DNA of 64,000 nucleotides from assembly GCA_051362555.1 (NCBI GenBank), contig CM120646.1:22630001-22694000 (forward strand), read 5' to 3'. Positions 38,130 to 51,942 of this stretch are shown here, in pieces. The notes below the pieces were generated by a model. It was not told the DNA's origin. It saw nothing but the letters and a program-made list of their open reading frames with translations, and made no database searches. Positions within the stretch are counted from its first letter, which is position 1. Each line of letters begins with the position of its first letter. Source of the DNA: Lingula anatina. Taxonomy: Eukaryota > Animalia > Brachiopoda. Both the position numbers and the translations under genes were made by a program.

Positions 38130-38255
38130 CTTGGAAAAGAACCCAGAAATATTTGTTTTTGGTCAGAGAACCCAAGTTAGGAATATATCTGAAAGATGAT
38201 CTTAAATTTGGGCTCGACTCAGTTGAGTAATGCATATGAAGTTGAAATCACTTAC

Positions 38256-38424
38256 TAATATCAGTGAGGTTTTTGACTTCCTGTTTCATTGTGGAGAACT
38301 CGGAGAGATAAGCCTCCATTGCTGTCTTCATCAGCTGGAGTTCCTGCCCTAACTGAGTTAACTGACCAGAGAAGGTGGACTTCTCCTGGGTCAGGTGGTA
38401 GTTAGCATCTTGGCAGGCCTCCAC
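38256..38424 (-). CDS. Nested gene exon 2 (coiled coil VEACQDANYHL...MKQEVKNLTDI)
   Basis: tcttag/gtaagt boundaries, open 169 nt, heptad pattern. Confidence 0.85.
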
Positions 38425-38864
38425 CTAAGAATCATGTACATGTTTATTAATATGAATGCATTTTAAAGTCTTTGTCTCTCACACAATCATGGGCATTTTG
38501 CCTAATTGACCAAATAGTTTACTTTGTCTAATAAAGACATTGTCATTTAAGCATATTTTTTAAGAATTTTATTATTTGCCTAAAGGAAAGACACTAAATG
38601 TAAGTAACATTACGGGGCTGTATGTCCAGGAATATTAGTGTATTATTGATTTATCCTAGTTTTCATTCTATAATTTGTCAGTATTTATAGAAAAAGTACA
38701 ATTTGAATTATTACATTGAAGGACTTTGAAATTAATTTTTATTATTTCTGGATATGCCCCTAGATGAGTATTAACCCCTGAGCAGCAGTCAACTAAAATA
38801 TCTTCACCCTGGTTTTGACTGTTATTGTTAAAATTGGTTATTGATACAATTCATGCATACTTAC

Positions 38865-39011
38865 ATCTTTCTTTAGCTGGTCCAGTTCTTCCTCCAGCTG
38901 TGCAGTTTTTGGTGTCTCTGTTGGCTTCCCATCACCAGTGTTGTTACACACCGGGTTGCCCACACTAACTTTGATCAGGAGCAAAAAGATTCCCAGGACC
39001 AACAGCTTCAT
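38865..39011 (-). CDS. Nested gene exon 1 (signal peptide MKLLVLGIFLLLIKVSVG...LEEELDQLKKD)
   Basis: ATG at 39011, hydrophobic leader, gtaagt donor. Confidence 0.85.
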
Positions 39012-39066
39012 AGTTCTCTTATGATGAGGATGTCCTTAATGCCAGCTTGTTTGCTGAAGTTTTGCC

Positions 39067-39072
39067 TTTATA
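39067..39072 (-). promoter_or_regulatory. TATA box of nested gene
   Basis: cTATAAAgg, 55 nt upstream of the ATG. Confidence 0.65.
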
Positions 39073-39961
39073 GGATGTTATGACTTGGATCTAGAAGGAT
39101 TCCCTCTCTGTTGTTGAGTGATGTCCATGTTTGATATCATGTTTATTTGCCTGTGATAAGATTTTCCGTCTGGATTAGGAGTTAGTGATTACTATAAAAT
39201 TGGTCAGTGAAACTTAATTGTAAGAGTATTAATGCAGTCTTTGCATCAAGTTCAAGATTGTCTGACTTAGAATATATTGGGATAAAGAAGGCTCAGGAAG
39301 TCCAACATTTGTCCCCCCGCTCCCCAGCATGCTCCTTGCCTCCACCCCAATAGGAAAATGCTGAGTGTGGATAATGCAAGGTCAGGGCTGTCTTCTTTTA
39401 TCAAAGTAGTGTCACATGGTATAATTGACCACTCGTCATATATCTTGGGTTGACTCTGTTTGAGTACTAGTCGTACCATCCCCATCACCCAGCAGGCCCT
39501 GTTTTATATGATATACACACATACAGCCAATCCCAGGTGTTGAATATGATGATATCCAGTACCAGTAATGAAGATAACTCGTTCGTCTTGATCCCTTTCT
39601 ATATTTGCGTAGTTTATACAAACTTTCAGCTTGGCAATGTTTCTGGTTACTTTTCCCACACTGATATGTGTTACTTGTACCAGGAAACAGTTTATAGTTA
39701 ATGTACTTTATCATTGGATGTTTATGTCCAATTTTCTTTCATCCTTTCAGTTCTTTGTTACTCAATATTTTAGTAGGTATAAGAGCATGATTAGTAGTTG
39801 TTTGCTATTATTATTGATTTTTTTTTTTTTTTTTGAAAACTTTCCACTAGTTTTTACTCTTTTTAGCCTATGTCCTTGTTGCCACTATTTTTTTTTTTTA
39901 GATCACAAAGAAAAGACTTAGATTTCATTTAGATAATGCACTGTTCTTGTCTCTTTTTTAG

Positions 39962-40308
39962 GCATATCCATTCTTGAACTATGTCTCATAATAGCCATGA
40001 AACACCTGATGGAAATCTACGACGGTGAACCTTTCAACTTTGAAATGCTCTACAACGAATACAGAAAATATGCAGAGAGGCGCTCGTCCATGCAGATGTT
40101 CGACAGACAGGTCGTCATGAAGGCCTTTGAGCACTTGGTGGCTTTAGAACTTGTCCGCCCCCTGGATGGGGTAGGAAGTAAGACGCAGAAGGAGTACAGG
40201 CTCATGTCTCTTCTGGTGGAGCCCGCGCAGTTGTCAGAGGCTCTACAGAGATACCCTGGATGTCCCACTGAAATAAAGCAGTGGGCACAAACAGCAGTGT
40301 TAGGTTGA
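39962..40308 (+). CDS. ORC4: ORC4 last exon (ISILELCLIIAMKHL...GEPFNFEM...YPGCPTEIKQWA)
   Basis: ttttag acceptor, TGA stop; conserved ORC4 C-terminus. Confidence 0.95.
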
Positions 40309-41679
40309 AATAGGATGGTTTTCAGGGTGCTGAGTGGGAAGAGATTACTGCAGAGAAACTCTTGATGTTCTTTACATATTCAGTCCTGAGTGTGGAATTG
40401 AAGGTGTGGAATTCAGGCTGGTTAATGTTGCTGCCAAAATTACCTGGATGGCTTACGAAAATAATCATCCCAAAATTTTTTTCATTGACCTCCTCGGGCC
40501 TGAAGGGAGTAAATATACTGACTTGAATAAATTATGCCTGTTTAATTAGAACCAAGTTCATTGATAATATTACCTTTTCTGATATGCAACGTATTCATCA
40601 ACATTTGTTTAATTTGTGGATATCTCCAAAAAGTTCTTCCAAAATAAATAAATGAATAAATAGATTACTTTCTGATTTTTTTATAATTTTTCACAAAAAA
40701 TGAGATGGGGGAAAAATTAATTCTTAGAAAAGGAAATTGAAAAATAAGTTTTTGACATATTTAGACACTTCAGTTGACACTATAGGAAAATTTGCAATTT
40801 TTTTTTTTTTTTTTTTTTTGTTTTTTTTTTTTGTTCAAATGAGTCAAGATGTAATTAAAAAGCCATGAGTTATTTTCCAAACTCTAAAGGTTTATTGACG
40901 GCTATGATATGAACCAAAAGTGCCTTTCTATTTATTTGATCCCTCAGTCGACTCATATCAGTTTCTTTGAAATAAGGATGTTTGAATGTGATAGAGGAGA
41001 TTTGGATTATCTGCTCTAACACATTCAATGTCAGTTTTCCATCACAATGTGCTAGCATACGTGATCACCATTACAACAATTTTTCAAAACTGTTTTGTTA
41101 AATTTATCAACAGGTTTGTTCCACTTTAAATAGTTTCAGTGCATGTTTTGTTATGTTCATTAATAACAAACAGCAGCTTTCTTTTGTAAAAAGAATAGAA
41201 TCCATGCAAGTGAGTTTATTTTGATTGTGAAATTTGTGATCTCTTACTTTGACAAAATGTAGACTACGACTAAGCAAATCTGGTTCATAATTTTTTATTT
41301 AGTTTGAAAAAAATTCAAATAAAAGGGATAATGATTGATTATATGATGGTATCGATTTTTACTTTGATACAGTGTGAAAAAATTAACACAAATATATACA
41401 ACTTAAATTATACAAAGGTGTCTACTCGCACGCCGCCCCCCCCCTCCGCCCCCAATCCTCACGGTCATTTTAACCTCCTGGCTTTGTCAATAAGTGCAAA
41501 ATCACAGGTGATTTCCACGAAAAAAGAGGAATATTCATTACTGGAAATCTTGACATAACATTGTATTTATTTGTATCATTTCATTTTTTGCAGACATTCT
41601 TCTGTAAAGATCTGTAAATGAACCCCTGTAGAAGTCTAGGTATACATTGTTTATTGTCATGTAAGGTCTGCATTGATGG

Positions 41680-42420
41680 GTGCGTGATGCATGCTCCTTT
41701 GCGTGCGTAAACAAAAAAAAAAACGATTTTCTTTTGCGTAATACAATGTTATGTGCGATTCCCGCATTTGATTATATTTCTTATCCGAAAAAGGGAATTA
41801 TTTGGCCCCGGAAGGTGAATCCCTGAATGGAATTCTGGGAAAAAGTATATGACGTCACGCCAGGTTTAGTCTGCCATGTTTAGTGATTCATGTCAGCTGA
41901 GATCGTGAAAGCAATGAACTCAGTCATATAATTTCACTGAAAATTGAAGAAAGCACAATAGCTGAAGATCTCAGGCAATTAACTTGGTTATTTGCAAGCA
42001 ATAGAGCGAGTTGTTAGCTTGAAGCACTGAGGAATTCCAGGTAATTTTGCACATTTTCCAGCCTCGATCGCCGGGGCAGTCATTTTCAATGAATGGAAAC
42101 CGAACCAAAGTCAGTGTCCTGAAGGAAGTCGTACATGGGCGTCCGAGATAACGCCAAGTTTGATTATATAGATGAATTACCATTGTTTACTGGAATCATT
42201 AACGTAAAATATACTTGTTGTCTTCAAAGATTTTATTTCCTTTTTCATTCTGTACCGTAATGTTTTTGTGGTTGAGAAAATCATTGAGTTGGGACTGTTC
42301 CGGCTACATTTTTCTTGAGGGTCGCAAAAACTCCTTATGGCAGTGTCTTCACACCACCAAGTGATCCACTGACAAGACGTTAACAGGACACCATGAGCGA
42401 CAATACTATTTTTTTATGCC
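41680..42420. promoter_or_regulatory. Putative promoter/5' UTR of a further, unidentified gene
   Basis: Local excess of CpG relative to flanks, a perfect CRE TGACGTCA at 41850-41857, and a candidate donor CAG|gtaatt at 42041. No coding exon was identified downstream. Confidence 0.45.
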
Positions 42421-45400
42421 TCAAAAGTCGCATTGTCTTGCATATGTAATCTTGATCATAATCCTTGGCTTTGTTTTAAGTTAACCCAAACAGCAGCAGC
42501 AATTTTCATGTTTCTCAATTGGAAATGAATTATATTGTATTGATATAGCAATCAGCCAAGCCGGCCTCTTTAGTATGACTTGTTCAGCTTTAGATTAATT
42601 GTACACATGCTATATTCTCATTTAGCCTTATTCCAGATAGAATACAGCCTTAGAAGGGAGTAGGGAGTGTGTTATTAATTGAATTTTAAACTACACTGAT
42701 AGAAATGTACTTCAGATTTTGAGGTAAAGACTTATCAATATTTTTTAAGGCTAATAGAGATATTTTGTCATCAAGACAGCTTTATGTAAATTTCAGAAGT
42801 TGATCGATATGCTAATGAGCATTGCACTGCATCTGTTTATTGGCGTGTAATACCAGGTGATTACAAAAAAAGCATGGAGACCATTAGCCTGTTATGGATA
42901 ATTTGGATTCATTACATAACTGAGAACAGAATGCTAGAACATCAGACTCATAGATGAGCAATAATCTTCCATAGATGTTTTGAATTGACATCACTATATT
43001 TCACATTTGGGTTGGCTTGGACAGCACATGTTTAAAAGCTTTAGTTTATATTCCATTGTTACTTTACCATGGCAACAGTAGGTTATAAGCTTTTTTTAAG
43101 CTTTTATTTTCACCTTCTGAAATGTCGCTTTGATCTGTTGAATCATATTAAACTGTCATTTTTGCCACTTTTCAAACATTCCAGCATGTACATATTGTCA
43201 GAAAGAAGATGTCTGTCACTTCCACAGCACTGGTTTAATAGTTAACTGTTTAGTAATTTTTATGTTATAAATGTATAGATGAAACATTAGCTTTTCTTGA
43301 GATCACTGGTCACATTGTTGCATTAATACTTACAGCAATACAATATCTATTTTCAGGTCTAAAAGAAGTAATACAATCTCTACTTTCCAGGTAAAAGCTG
43401 AGCTGTTTTTAGCATAGCCTTAGGTGCTGCTGGTTGACGTTTCATCAGTGACGAGGCATGCCAGCATGTCACGCCACTGTTTGAAGTCATTGTGCATCAC
43501 TGTGACTTTTAAGACAAGTAGAAACTCTGTGCCAGATACTTGTCCAAGAACACCGTTACTTGTAAGAACACTGGAGAAGGCAATTTGAAAAAAAAAGTAG
43601 GCAGTGTTTAAAAGCCATAGTTAAAAGAACCACAAAATACCAAAAAATTGATTACATATTTTAACACTGAAGACCTGCAGTCGCAAGTGGCATAGAAATA
43701 ATTTAGAGCAATACGATCCCCACTTGTTGCCTTTAAGGACAGATGATATGTTGGCATTATGAGTTTTTAGAAATCAGCTTCCGTGTTTGAAACAGAATTC
43801 CTGCAGGGGAAACGGTGTTATGTATCTGTATAATGGATGCACAAAGCCTGGAATTGAATGTGTCAGGGCCTGTTTTATGCATAGAATCATTATATTGAAG
43901 TTAATGGCATTCTTAATTTTTCCTTGATTATTATTGATATACCTTCCTAGATAATAAATAAAGTAAAAAGTAGTAGTTACCAGTGTTGGTAAAAAAAAAT
44001 TATTTTTGATACTCTAGTATCCTCACCAATTCTAAAAAAAATGCACACAGCCAATGTACATGCAGGAACAAGGAAGATTCAGTGTCAGCAGTATAACATC
44101 TAACCAGGCAGTTAATATAAATTTCAGAGGTCCATCCGCGAGCAGCTTAGGGCTTCTACCCATTCTGTGTAGATTGATTCAACTGTGCAGTGTCTCTTGC
44201 TGAATGAAATTGAGGGGGGGGGGGGCTTAAAAATGAAATTAAAAAAATATTTAAAAAAATAATAAATTTCAATGATGTTTGTGGTTGAGATAGTCTCCCA
44301 TGCCTAACACTGCTGGAGCTTAGACAAAACTGTTACCAACACAGTGATCTCATCATCATCATCATCCTTGGCCCTTGGGTGGGTTGGGAGTAGCAGTAGC
44401 AAAATGTTTATACCAGAGTTGTTTCTCTCTCATTATTGAAATCTGATCATTATCAAGTTCTTATATATCAAATACTTGACAGGCAACAGATTGTATTATT
44501 ATTATTATGTCCTGTTGTCAAATTGGGCAGATTTTTCCTTACTAGTCGTGTACAAAAAACCATCAACTATTTTGTGGTATTAAGGTATTTCCATACTTTT
44601 AGATTTTCTAATTTAATTGTCTCCAAACTTTGCACCAATGAAGTACAGGTGAAACTGGTAATAAAAATGATTTTTTTTGATATGGTCACCGGTTTAGTTT
44701 CCTCACCACAGCCAACTGAAATATGGACTAAAATGCTAGAATTGGATATCGCAGCGCCTCTATATAAATAAGTTTTCAGGCCCAGTATATCACTCCTGAG
44801 GGGGATAATTACACCTGTTAAGATTTTAATGAAGAGAAAAGAGAATATTTTTACATTTTTTCATACATTTATTGTTGTTTCTATTTTTAGAACTGACCTC
44901 ATCATGTTTCTACGCCACCTGGTGGCCAGTTTGGAAACCAACAATTTTACACAAAATTGGTCATTGTACCCAATCCCTGAATTTAATTTTCATGAAAATG
45001 AGCAAAAACACTCTCCTATGAGTACTTCATGACATGATGTTAAAAAAATAGTAGGTCATCAGGCTAAATATTGAAATATAGTCAATTGAAATTATCAAAA
45101 AAAGGCAAAAAATGCCGAAAAATGTAATGTCACCTCAGTTCAAGCCCCAAATATACATCACTTCAACTCTATAGCCCTCAAAGTAGCATTCATGGTATTT
45201 CTCACTATATTTAGTTGCTGAATATTTCATAATTGAGAATATAATGAAAGACAGGGGGGATCCAGGGATTCTTGGGAGGGGGTTCTATTTAGGGAGGGGG
45301 TTCGTGAAATTCACTTTTTGATATATGTGAAATGAACTTGCCAGCCTTTCTGGGTGGAATATTACTCATCTTTAGGGATTTATAATTTCAAAACAACACA

Positions 45401-45565
45401 GCACATGGTAAATAAAAGCTGGTGACTAGAGGAAGTGCATGCTTATATTGTCCTCCAGTGCAGGAGAGCTTGATGCTGCAGTGGCTCCCTCTATACATGC
45501 AGTATGGAAATACCTTAAGGAACAGAGCTGCCCTAAAGGAATGGTGCAGGATCACAAACTTAATG

Positions 45566-45615
<50 letters not shown>

Positions 45616-46173
45616 AGAATTGGCTATTTTGAGATTTTAGAAAACTAGATGAATGACCTTTAAATTTCATTCTGTAGCTGGGAGTAGGTGACCTGGGTCT
45701 TGGGGAATACCCATTTAGGAAGTGTATATATAGAACTGCCTTTTGCATGATTCAGAGAAATACCTGTTAGCTGTCAGTCAGGTATAAGGAATGGCCTGAA
45801 AGACAGTATGAACCTCCATAATGTCTTGACTAAGACTTAGAACTGTTGTACCTGATATATTATAGGGAACACCACCATCATTACCATCAGGTATGGCATA
45901 AGCCATAGTGTAAGTGCTTGTCAGGTTTTTTCTAATTAACCTTGTGATTTCCCCATTGCAAGTGAAAATTCAATTTTATAATGGTTTAGCATGGTAGAAA
46001 TAATTGTGTGTAATTAAGATAATCTGTACTAGTAGATGTATAAATTGATCAAGTTCAAGTGTAAAAAGATGTGATTGTCTTTGATGAGAACCACAGTTCA
46101 AACCCTTGTAAAATGCATAACATTAGTGTCATCAATGTTACTTTAATTGGTAGACTTCACATTCAGTCAATAT

Positions 46174-46209
<36 letters not shown>

Positions 46210-49130
46210 GAGGGGGGGGGGCAAAAAATGTTTTGATTTGGACTCCAGTGTTTTAATGTTATTTAAAGGACTGTGCAATGCAGTTTTAAATTCCCTGTGG
46301 AAGCTTTTTATTTTAAATATTTGATCAATTCAGAAGTTGGTTAAACCCAGGAACTGCCAAGATTCACCTTTTTTCCTCACTGTTCTGATTGAAAGCAGAC
46401 TGCCAAAGTGCTAGATGAGATTATGAGAGATTACTGCTACATTGATTGCCACTCTAAAGTAGCATTTGGTATGAGGAATTTTAGATGTTTGAAAAGTTGT
46501 AGCAAGAGATACAATGTTCCCATATATATGTATTTTTCTGAAAACTGTACAAAATATTAAAAGGTTACGTTGATTTGGATGGTAATTTAAGAATTATGTG
46601 AATGGAATTTGTTTAAAAAATATTTTTAAGCCTTTATCCTGTGTACCATTTGCATCCTAAAGATTTCTACAAATTTGAAGTTTCCCCCTTTTCAGCACTC
46701 CTTATATATGGCATTGGTGTTTTATGAATTTGTTATGTACATGTTAAACTTTTTTTTTAATATAACATTTTTTGGATAATATAAGAAAGACTTAGAGATA
46801 TTTATTTGCAGTACCTTCAGTTTACTTTCTAAAATGTTTGAATAAAGGCCTTTCTTACAATATTTCTTTCACACAGTTAATTTAATTAAAATTTAAGAGA
46901 AATGTTGATAAACTAAAAGCATTGAAGAAGAGAGGATAACAAGGTTTCTGAAACGCAGAAAAGACCCTACACAATAATGTGAATGCTTCCATCTAGCGTG
47001 TTGCCATATCTCTAATAGATGGCAATAAAAACATTTTAAAGCTGCTTTTGCATTTAAACATAATGTAGTATTCTTCAAGTGGCATCTCCAGCTTTCCTTT
47101 CCATGGCAGCCTAAGAATCAAGCCATGTTAAATATGCCATTAGCTTATCTCACTATTAGGTTAAGATTGATTTTTGGACTGGAATTGGGCAAATATGTCT
47201 AATTCAACATGTTGGATGTCTTTTTTGTTGTTATGTTGAGGCAAAGGCAATCATCATCTTGAAGGGATGTACAGCTATAATTTTGTTTACACCAAGTGAC
47301 TAATTTGTGGACCATATCCATGATTGAATTGCTAAATACTGAAATATTTTATATTGGCTTCTGAAAGTAAGTTATCTACATAGCATTTTGAGCCTGGTTA
47401 ATTAAAATATTGGGAATGGATGAAAAAGCAGTTACAATGGGCTGAGTTACTAGTATTTAGATTGTTCCTTGAGATACAAAAAATAGTTACATAAGTATGA
47501 AAACTTATCTTGAACTGGCATATTTATATAACAAAAAATTCCCTGCAGAAATGCTGAAATGCTTCTGGAAGAGAAATAGATGTATATGGTTATCATGTTC
47601 ACCAAAAATATGGGAATTTAAAATGTCTGTTATGACACAATTCATTTATATTTTATATTTCTAAGAAAGCAGATGTTTAGGCTGAGGCATTAAATGCTAC
47701 AAAATCAATTTACCCAGGGTAGTTTTGCTTACAGGTTTATGGTTGTATTTTCAAAGAGGTAGCAGTTTTAGAAACAAGTTGGGATAATATTTGTAAAAAA
47801 AAAAATTGATTTTTTTGTTTCAAACTTCACTTACATGTGTGCTATCACAAGTTTGTTATCCTAACAAATATTTAACTCATTGTTTGCCTTTGTAAGAATG
47901 CAAATCTTGTTGAATTACCAACTGCCGGCGTTCTCACCATTTCAGTGTTTTTGAAGACAGCAACATGTGTATCGATTGGCTGAGCTCAGGAGGATTTCCA
48001 CTTGGCTGGACAGTTAGGCCTTCCTGAGCCTTTTCCTGGCCAGATCTCTAGGAAAGTGATGTCCAGTAGACTGTGAAATGTTATGTTGTGTGTGTATTTA
48101 GATGATAGAGTCTCAACAGATGTATGGCAGCACATCCTTCTTCACCAAATACACTTGAAATGGGAGAGCGCTGCGACATCTTCCTGTTGCTTTAGAATCA
48201 ATATTTGTTATTTGCATGCGTCTTTTCCTTCACTTTCTCTCTCTCTCTCTCTCTCTTGCACACACACACAAACACACACACACTTTTGTCTTTATAAATA
48301 AGTGTAACTATCTAAATGAACTTGACCTACAATATTTGAGGGTTGGCCTTGGTGGCTGAAAGAGGAATCTTCCACATTTTGGCTTGTTCCAAATTACTCC
48401 AACCACAGCTAATGATCCCTTAATGTATACTTTTTCCAACTAGTTTGGTTAAAACATCAGAGTTAAACCAGGCTGCTTTGAGATATTGATCTATTTCAAA
48501 GAAACACTCAGACTATGGTGGAAACATTGATTACAGAGAAGAGGAAGCCTTTATTAGTAACTGATGTGTCTTTTGTTATCTTTGTTTGATTTCTAAGTAC
48601 TACAAGTTCACTTCATATTATTTATATTTCTTTTTACTGAAGCATACAGGGTTATGATGTATCATTAACATTTATACACATACAAATATTTTAATAAAGA
48701 TAATGGAAGCAGTATTTCCTTGATAAATGGCTAAATCTCTAAATGGGGCTAATCTGTTGACAATTGAGGAGTTGAATTTAAGAAATGATAAAATGTAAAT
48801 AGTCACAGTTTACCTATTTACATCAAAATGATGCATTTGTGGTTATGTGAATCTGAAAAAAAAAGTGTCGTACTGATTAAATCTGTTTTTGAAAATAAGG
48901 GCTTGTGTCTGAAGTCTTTAAAATATAAGGTTATGATATCTCTCATTTGAGAATTGAAACCCACTTTTGATTGGACCTGCGTAAAAAAGTACAAAAATCA
49001 ATAATGTATCACCTTTATATCCTCGCCCCTTTTTGCAGCCCTCTACATTCTAATTCTGTTATTGAGTACTCTTTTCTTTTTCTTTTGCAGTAGCAGTAAT
49101 AGCAGTAGTTCTGTCATGATGACGTCCACT

Positions 49131-51298
49131 TTTTATGTACAGACACAGATGTGTCTGTACATATTGCCATCACCTGCGTCTGTCGTCGCCGTCGCCGTCG
49201 CCGATGCCGATGCCGGCGCCGTGCACTTTCCTTGTAAACACAATAAGTGGAGGGCAGTTTTACTTTTTGGCTTAATATTTACAAAGCTGATGAATATTCA
49301 TAAAACGCAGGTCAAGTTCGAAAACCAGCATGATCAGGCCATTATTGTAGAAGTTATGCTGTTTTTTCACTTTTCAGCATATATGCAACCCTGTAAACAC
49401 ATTTTAAGGAAAACCGTTAGGCCTGTTGTCATGAAACTCACAGGAGTAATCAATCTTACTAAAACGCAGGTCAAGATCGAAAATCGGCATGATGGGGCCA
49501 CTATTTTAGTTGTTATGCTGTTTTTTCATTTTTCAGCATATATGCAACACTGTAAACACAATATAAGAAAAACAGATAGGCCAATTGTCATTGAACTCAC
49601 AGGAGTGGTCAATCTTACTAAAACACAGGTTGAGTTCGAAAATCAGCATAATCGGGCCATTATTTTAGAAGTTATGCTGTTTTTTCAAATTTCCTCAGAT
49701 TCAACTCTTAGGCATGTTAACAGTCTCATTATTGAACTAATAAGATACGTAAAAGTGTTTGTTTGACATTTCCTGCATCTTTACAACATTATTAGTTGAT
49801 TATGTAAAAATGATGGTAAACTTTTTAGCGTGTATTGTGTAATAAAGTTTCAAAAATGGAAATAAACTCATATCATTGCAGTTTGTCAGATTCAATCATT
49901 CACTATGTTCAGAATCTCAGAATGGAGGAAATTGGACATTTAACACTGTTGTATTGATATTTTTCCCATCTCATCAATTTTCTTAGTTGATCGTATAAAA
50001 ATGGCAGTAACCTGTTAATTTTGTTTTATGTTAAAAAAAGTGTTAAAAATGGAAAAAAAAACATTTCAGAACAGTGCTGTCTTGTTTACATTTTGGCATT
50101 TTCAAGTTGTGACTTGGAAGTTCCATGGGCCTGAAGACCTTTGCTAGTCACATTTTCTGAATATCCATGATACTAATATTTTATTATTAAAAATTGATGG
50201 TCATTATGCTGTTAAACATTATGTAATATTGCATCAAAATTTGAAAAAAACCTATTTTGGGCACTGCTCCCATGATGACCATTTAAGAAAAACCATGTCA
50301 CTTACTGTTCTCAAACAGTACAGTAAATATGTACAGATGTGTCTGTACATATTGCCATCACCTGCGTCTGTCGTCGCCGTTGTCGCCGGTGCCGATGCCG
50401 TGCACTTTCATTGTAAACATGATAAGTGGAAGGCAGTTTTACTTTTTGGCTGTATATTTACAGAGCTGATGAATATTCGTAAAACGCAGGTCAAGTTAAA
50501 AAATCAGCATGATCGGGCCATTATTGTAGAAGTTGTGCTGTTTTTTCACTTTTCAGCATATATGCAACACTGTAAACACATTTTAAGGAAAACCGATAGG
50601 CCTGTTGTCATGAAAATCACAGGAGTAATTGATCTTACTATAACACAGGTCAAGTTCGAAAATCGGCATGTTCCACGGGCTTGAAGACCCATGCTAGTAA
50701 CATTTTCTGAAAATCCATGATATGTGTATTTGATTATTAAAAATTAACGGTCATTTTGCTGTTAACCATTATGTAATATTGCATCAGAATAGAAGAAAAC
50801 ACAATTTTGGGTGCTGCTGCTAAGATGACCATTATGGGAAAACCATGTTACTTATGATTGTCAAACTTTCAAAAAAGAAATACAGGACTAAAATGCAGAG
50901 TAATTGATCTTACTAAAACGCAGGTCAAGTTCAAAAATCGGCATGATCGGGCCACTATTTTAGTAGTTATGCTTTTTTTTTCACTTTTCAGCATATATGC
51001 AACACTGTAAACACAATATAAGAAAAACAGGTAGGCCAATTGTCATTAAACTCACAGGAGTGGTCATTCCTGCTAAATCGCAGGTTGAGTTCAAAAATCA
51101 GCATAATCGGGCCATTATTTTAAAGAAATGCCGTTTTTATGTACAGACACAGATGTATTTTACCTGTTGAGCATAATTAAAATTTGATGTTGAATTTGCA
51201 GTTTAACATAATGTACTTTTGCATCAGAATTGACAGTAGCCTTTTTTTGTTATTTCCTGCTTTTTGTCTGTACATTTGACAGCTTTGCTGCCTTGTTT
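49131..51298 (+). mobile_element. Composite Helentron-associated (HINE/DINE-1/Pearl-like) element with 159-bp internal tandem repeats
   Basis: 5' T-run and inverted repeat tatgtacagaca/tgtctgtacata, then a (GCCGTC)n microsatellite and 159-bp units starting at 49301, 49460 and 49619. The 3' end has subTIR tgtctgtacat, a short hairpin gacagctttgctgcc and cttgttt. Confidence 0.8.
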
Positions 51299-51770
51299 CA
51301 AACATGAAAGCAATAACTATTATCAGTTCTTTTCCTCCTGGCAGTAACTATGATCCTAGAACTGTTTTGCTGCTCTCACCATCATATAGAGTAATCCCAG
51401 TGGCATTCTGTTTTTCAGTTTTCATATCTTTTTCATATCATTTTTTATTTTGTTTTTTACATTTTTTTCCTGTACCACTTCAGCACGAGAGATTGACAAC
51501 TTAATTACCTGGCAATGAATTATTTATAAAAATAGAATCTCCTTAACAGAGCTCTTAACTCGACACAGCCAGTCAACCAGATCAATATGATTAGTACATT
51601 AGGGTCTATAAGAGGGAGTAAGCCCCCTCCCTGTAGCCTATAGGGTACCTACATGTTGACACCTGTCAAATTGATGCAATGAACAAAAGCTGTACTGCTT
51701 CATGAGAAAAAAGGCTATGACATAGTCCCTAGTAGCAGTGTCAAACACAGGGATGTTTTGACTCTCTCCC

Positions 51771-51942
51771 CAGGCCAGTAGCTAGCAATTTCAAAGGGGG
51801 GAGGGTACTTTTTCTGAAAAAGTGGACCAATTTTGATTACCATAAAATGTTCATGTACCTAGATCATATTTTACCCTGAGTGGACCTTTTCCCAGTAAGA
51901 AGGGCAGTTATTTCAAACCCCCCTCCCTTCCAGCTGCAAGTC
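51771..51942. mobile_element. Degenerate MITE
   Basis: caggccagtagct ... agctgcaagtctg imperfect termini with complementary internal G-run and C-run. Confidence 0.4.

Larger units (their letters stand above)
37499..39011 (-). other. Gene model: uncharacterised secreted coiled-coil/Cys-rich protein, 219 aa, nested antisense in the last ORC4 intron; complement(join(37499-37655,37943-38129,38256-38424,38865-39011))
   Basis: Four exons total 660 nt with no internal stop and canonical phase-matched GT-AG introns. TATAAA upstream, AATAAA downstream, N-terminal signal peptide. Confidence 0.88.
34209..40308 (+). other. ORC4: Gene model: origin recognition complex subunit 4, about 433 aa, join(34209-34342,34799-34889,35340-35415,36032-36576,36948-37056,39962-40308)
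   Basis: [17 protein letters not shown] (Walker A), [25 protein letters not shown] (Walker B), [14 protein letters not shown] and a C-terminal winged-helix region match recalled ORC4. All phases are consistent. Confidence 0.96.

Noticed and set aside
49062-50684. 234-aa and 151-aa ORFs with 53-aa repeats
   Set aside because: They arise from the 159-bp (3n) tandem unit of the HINE-like element and have no recognisable protein motifs.
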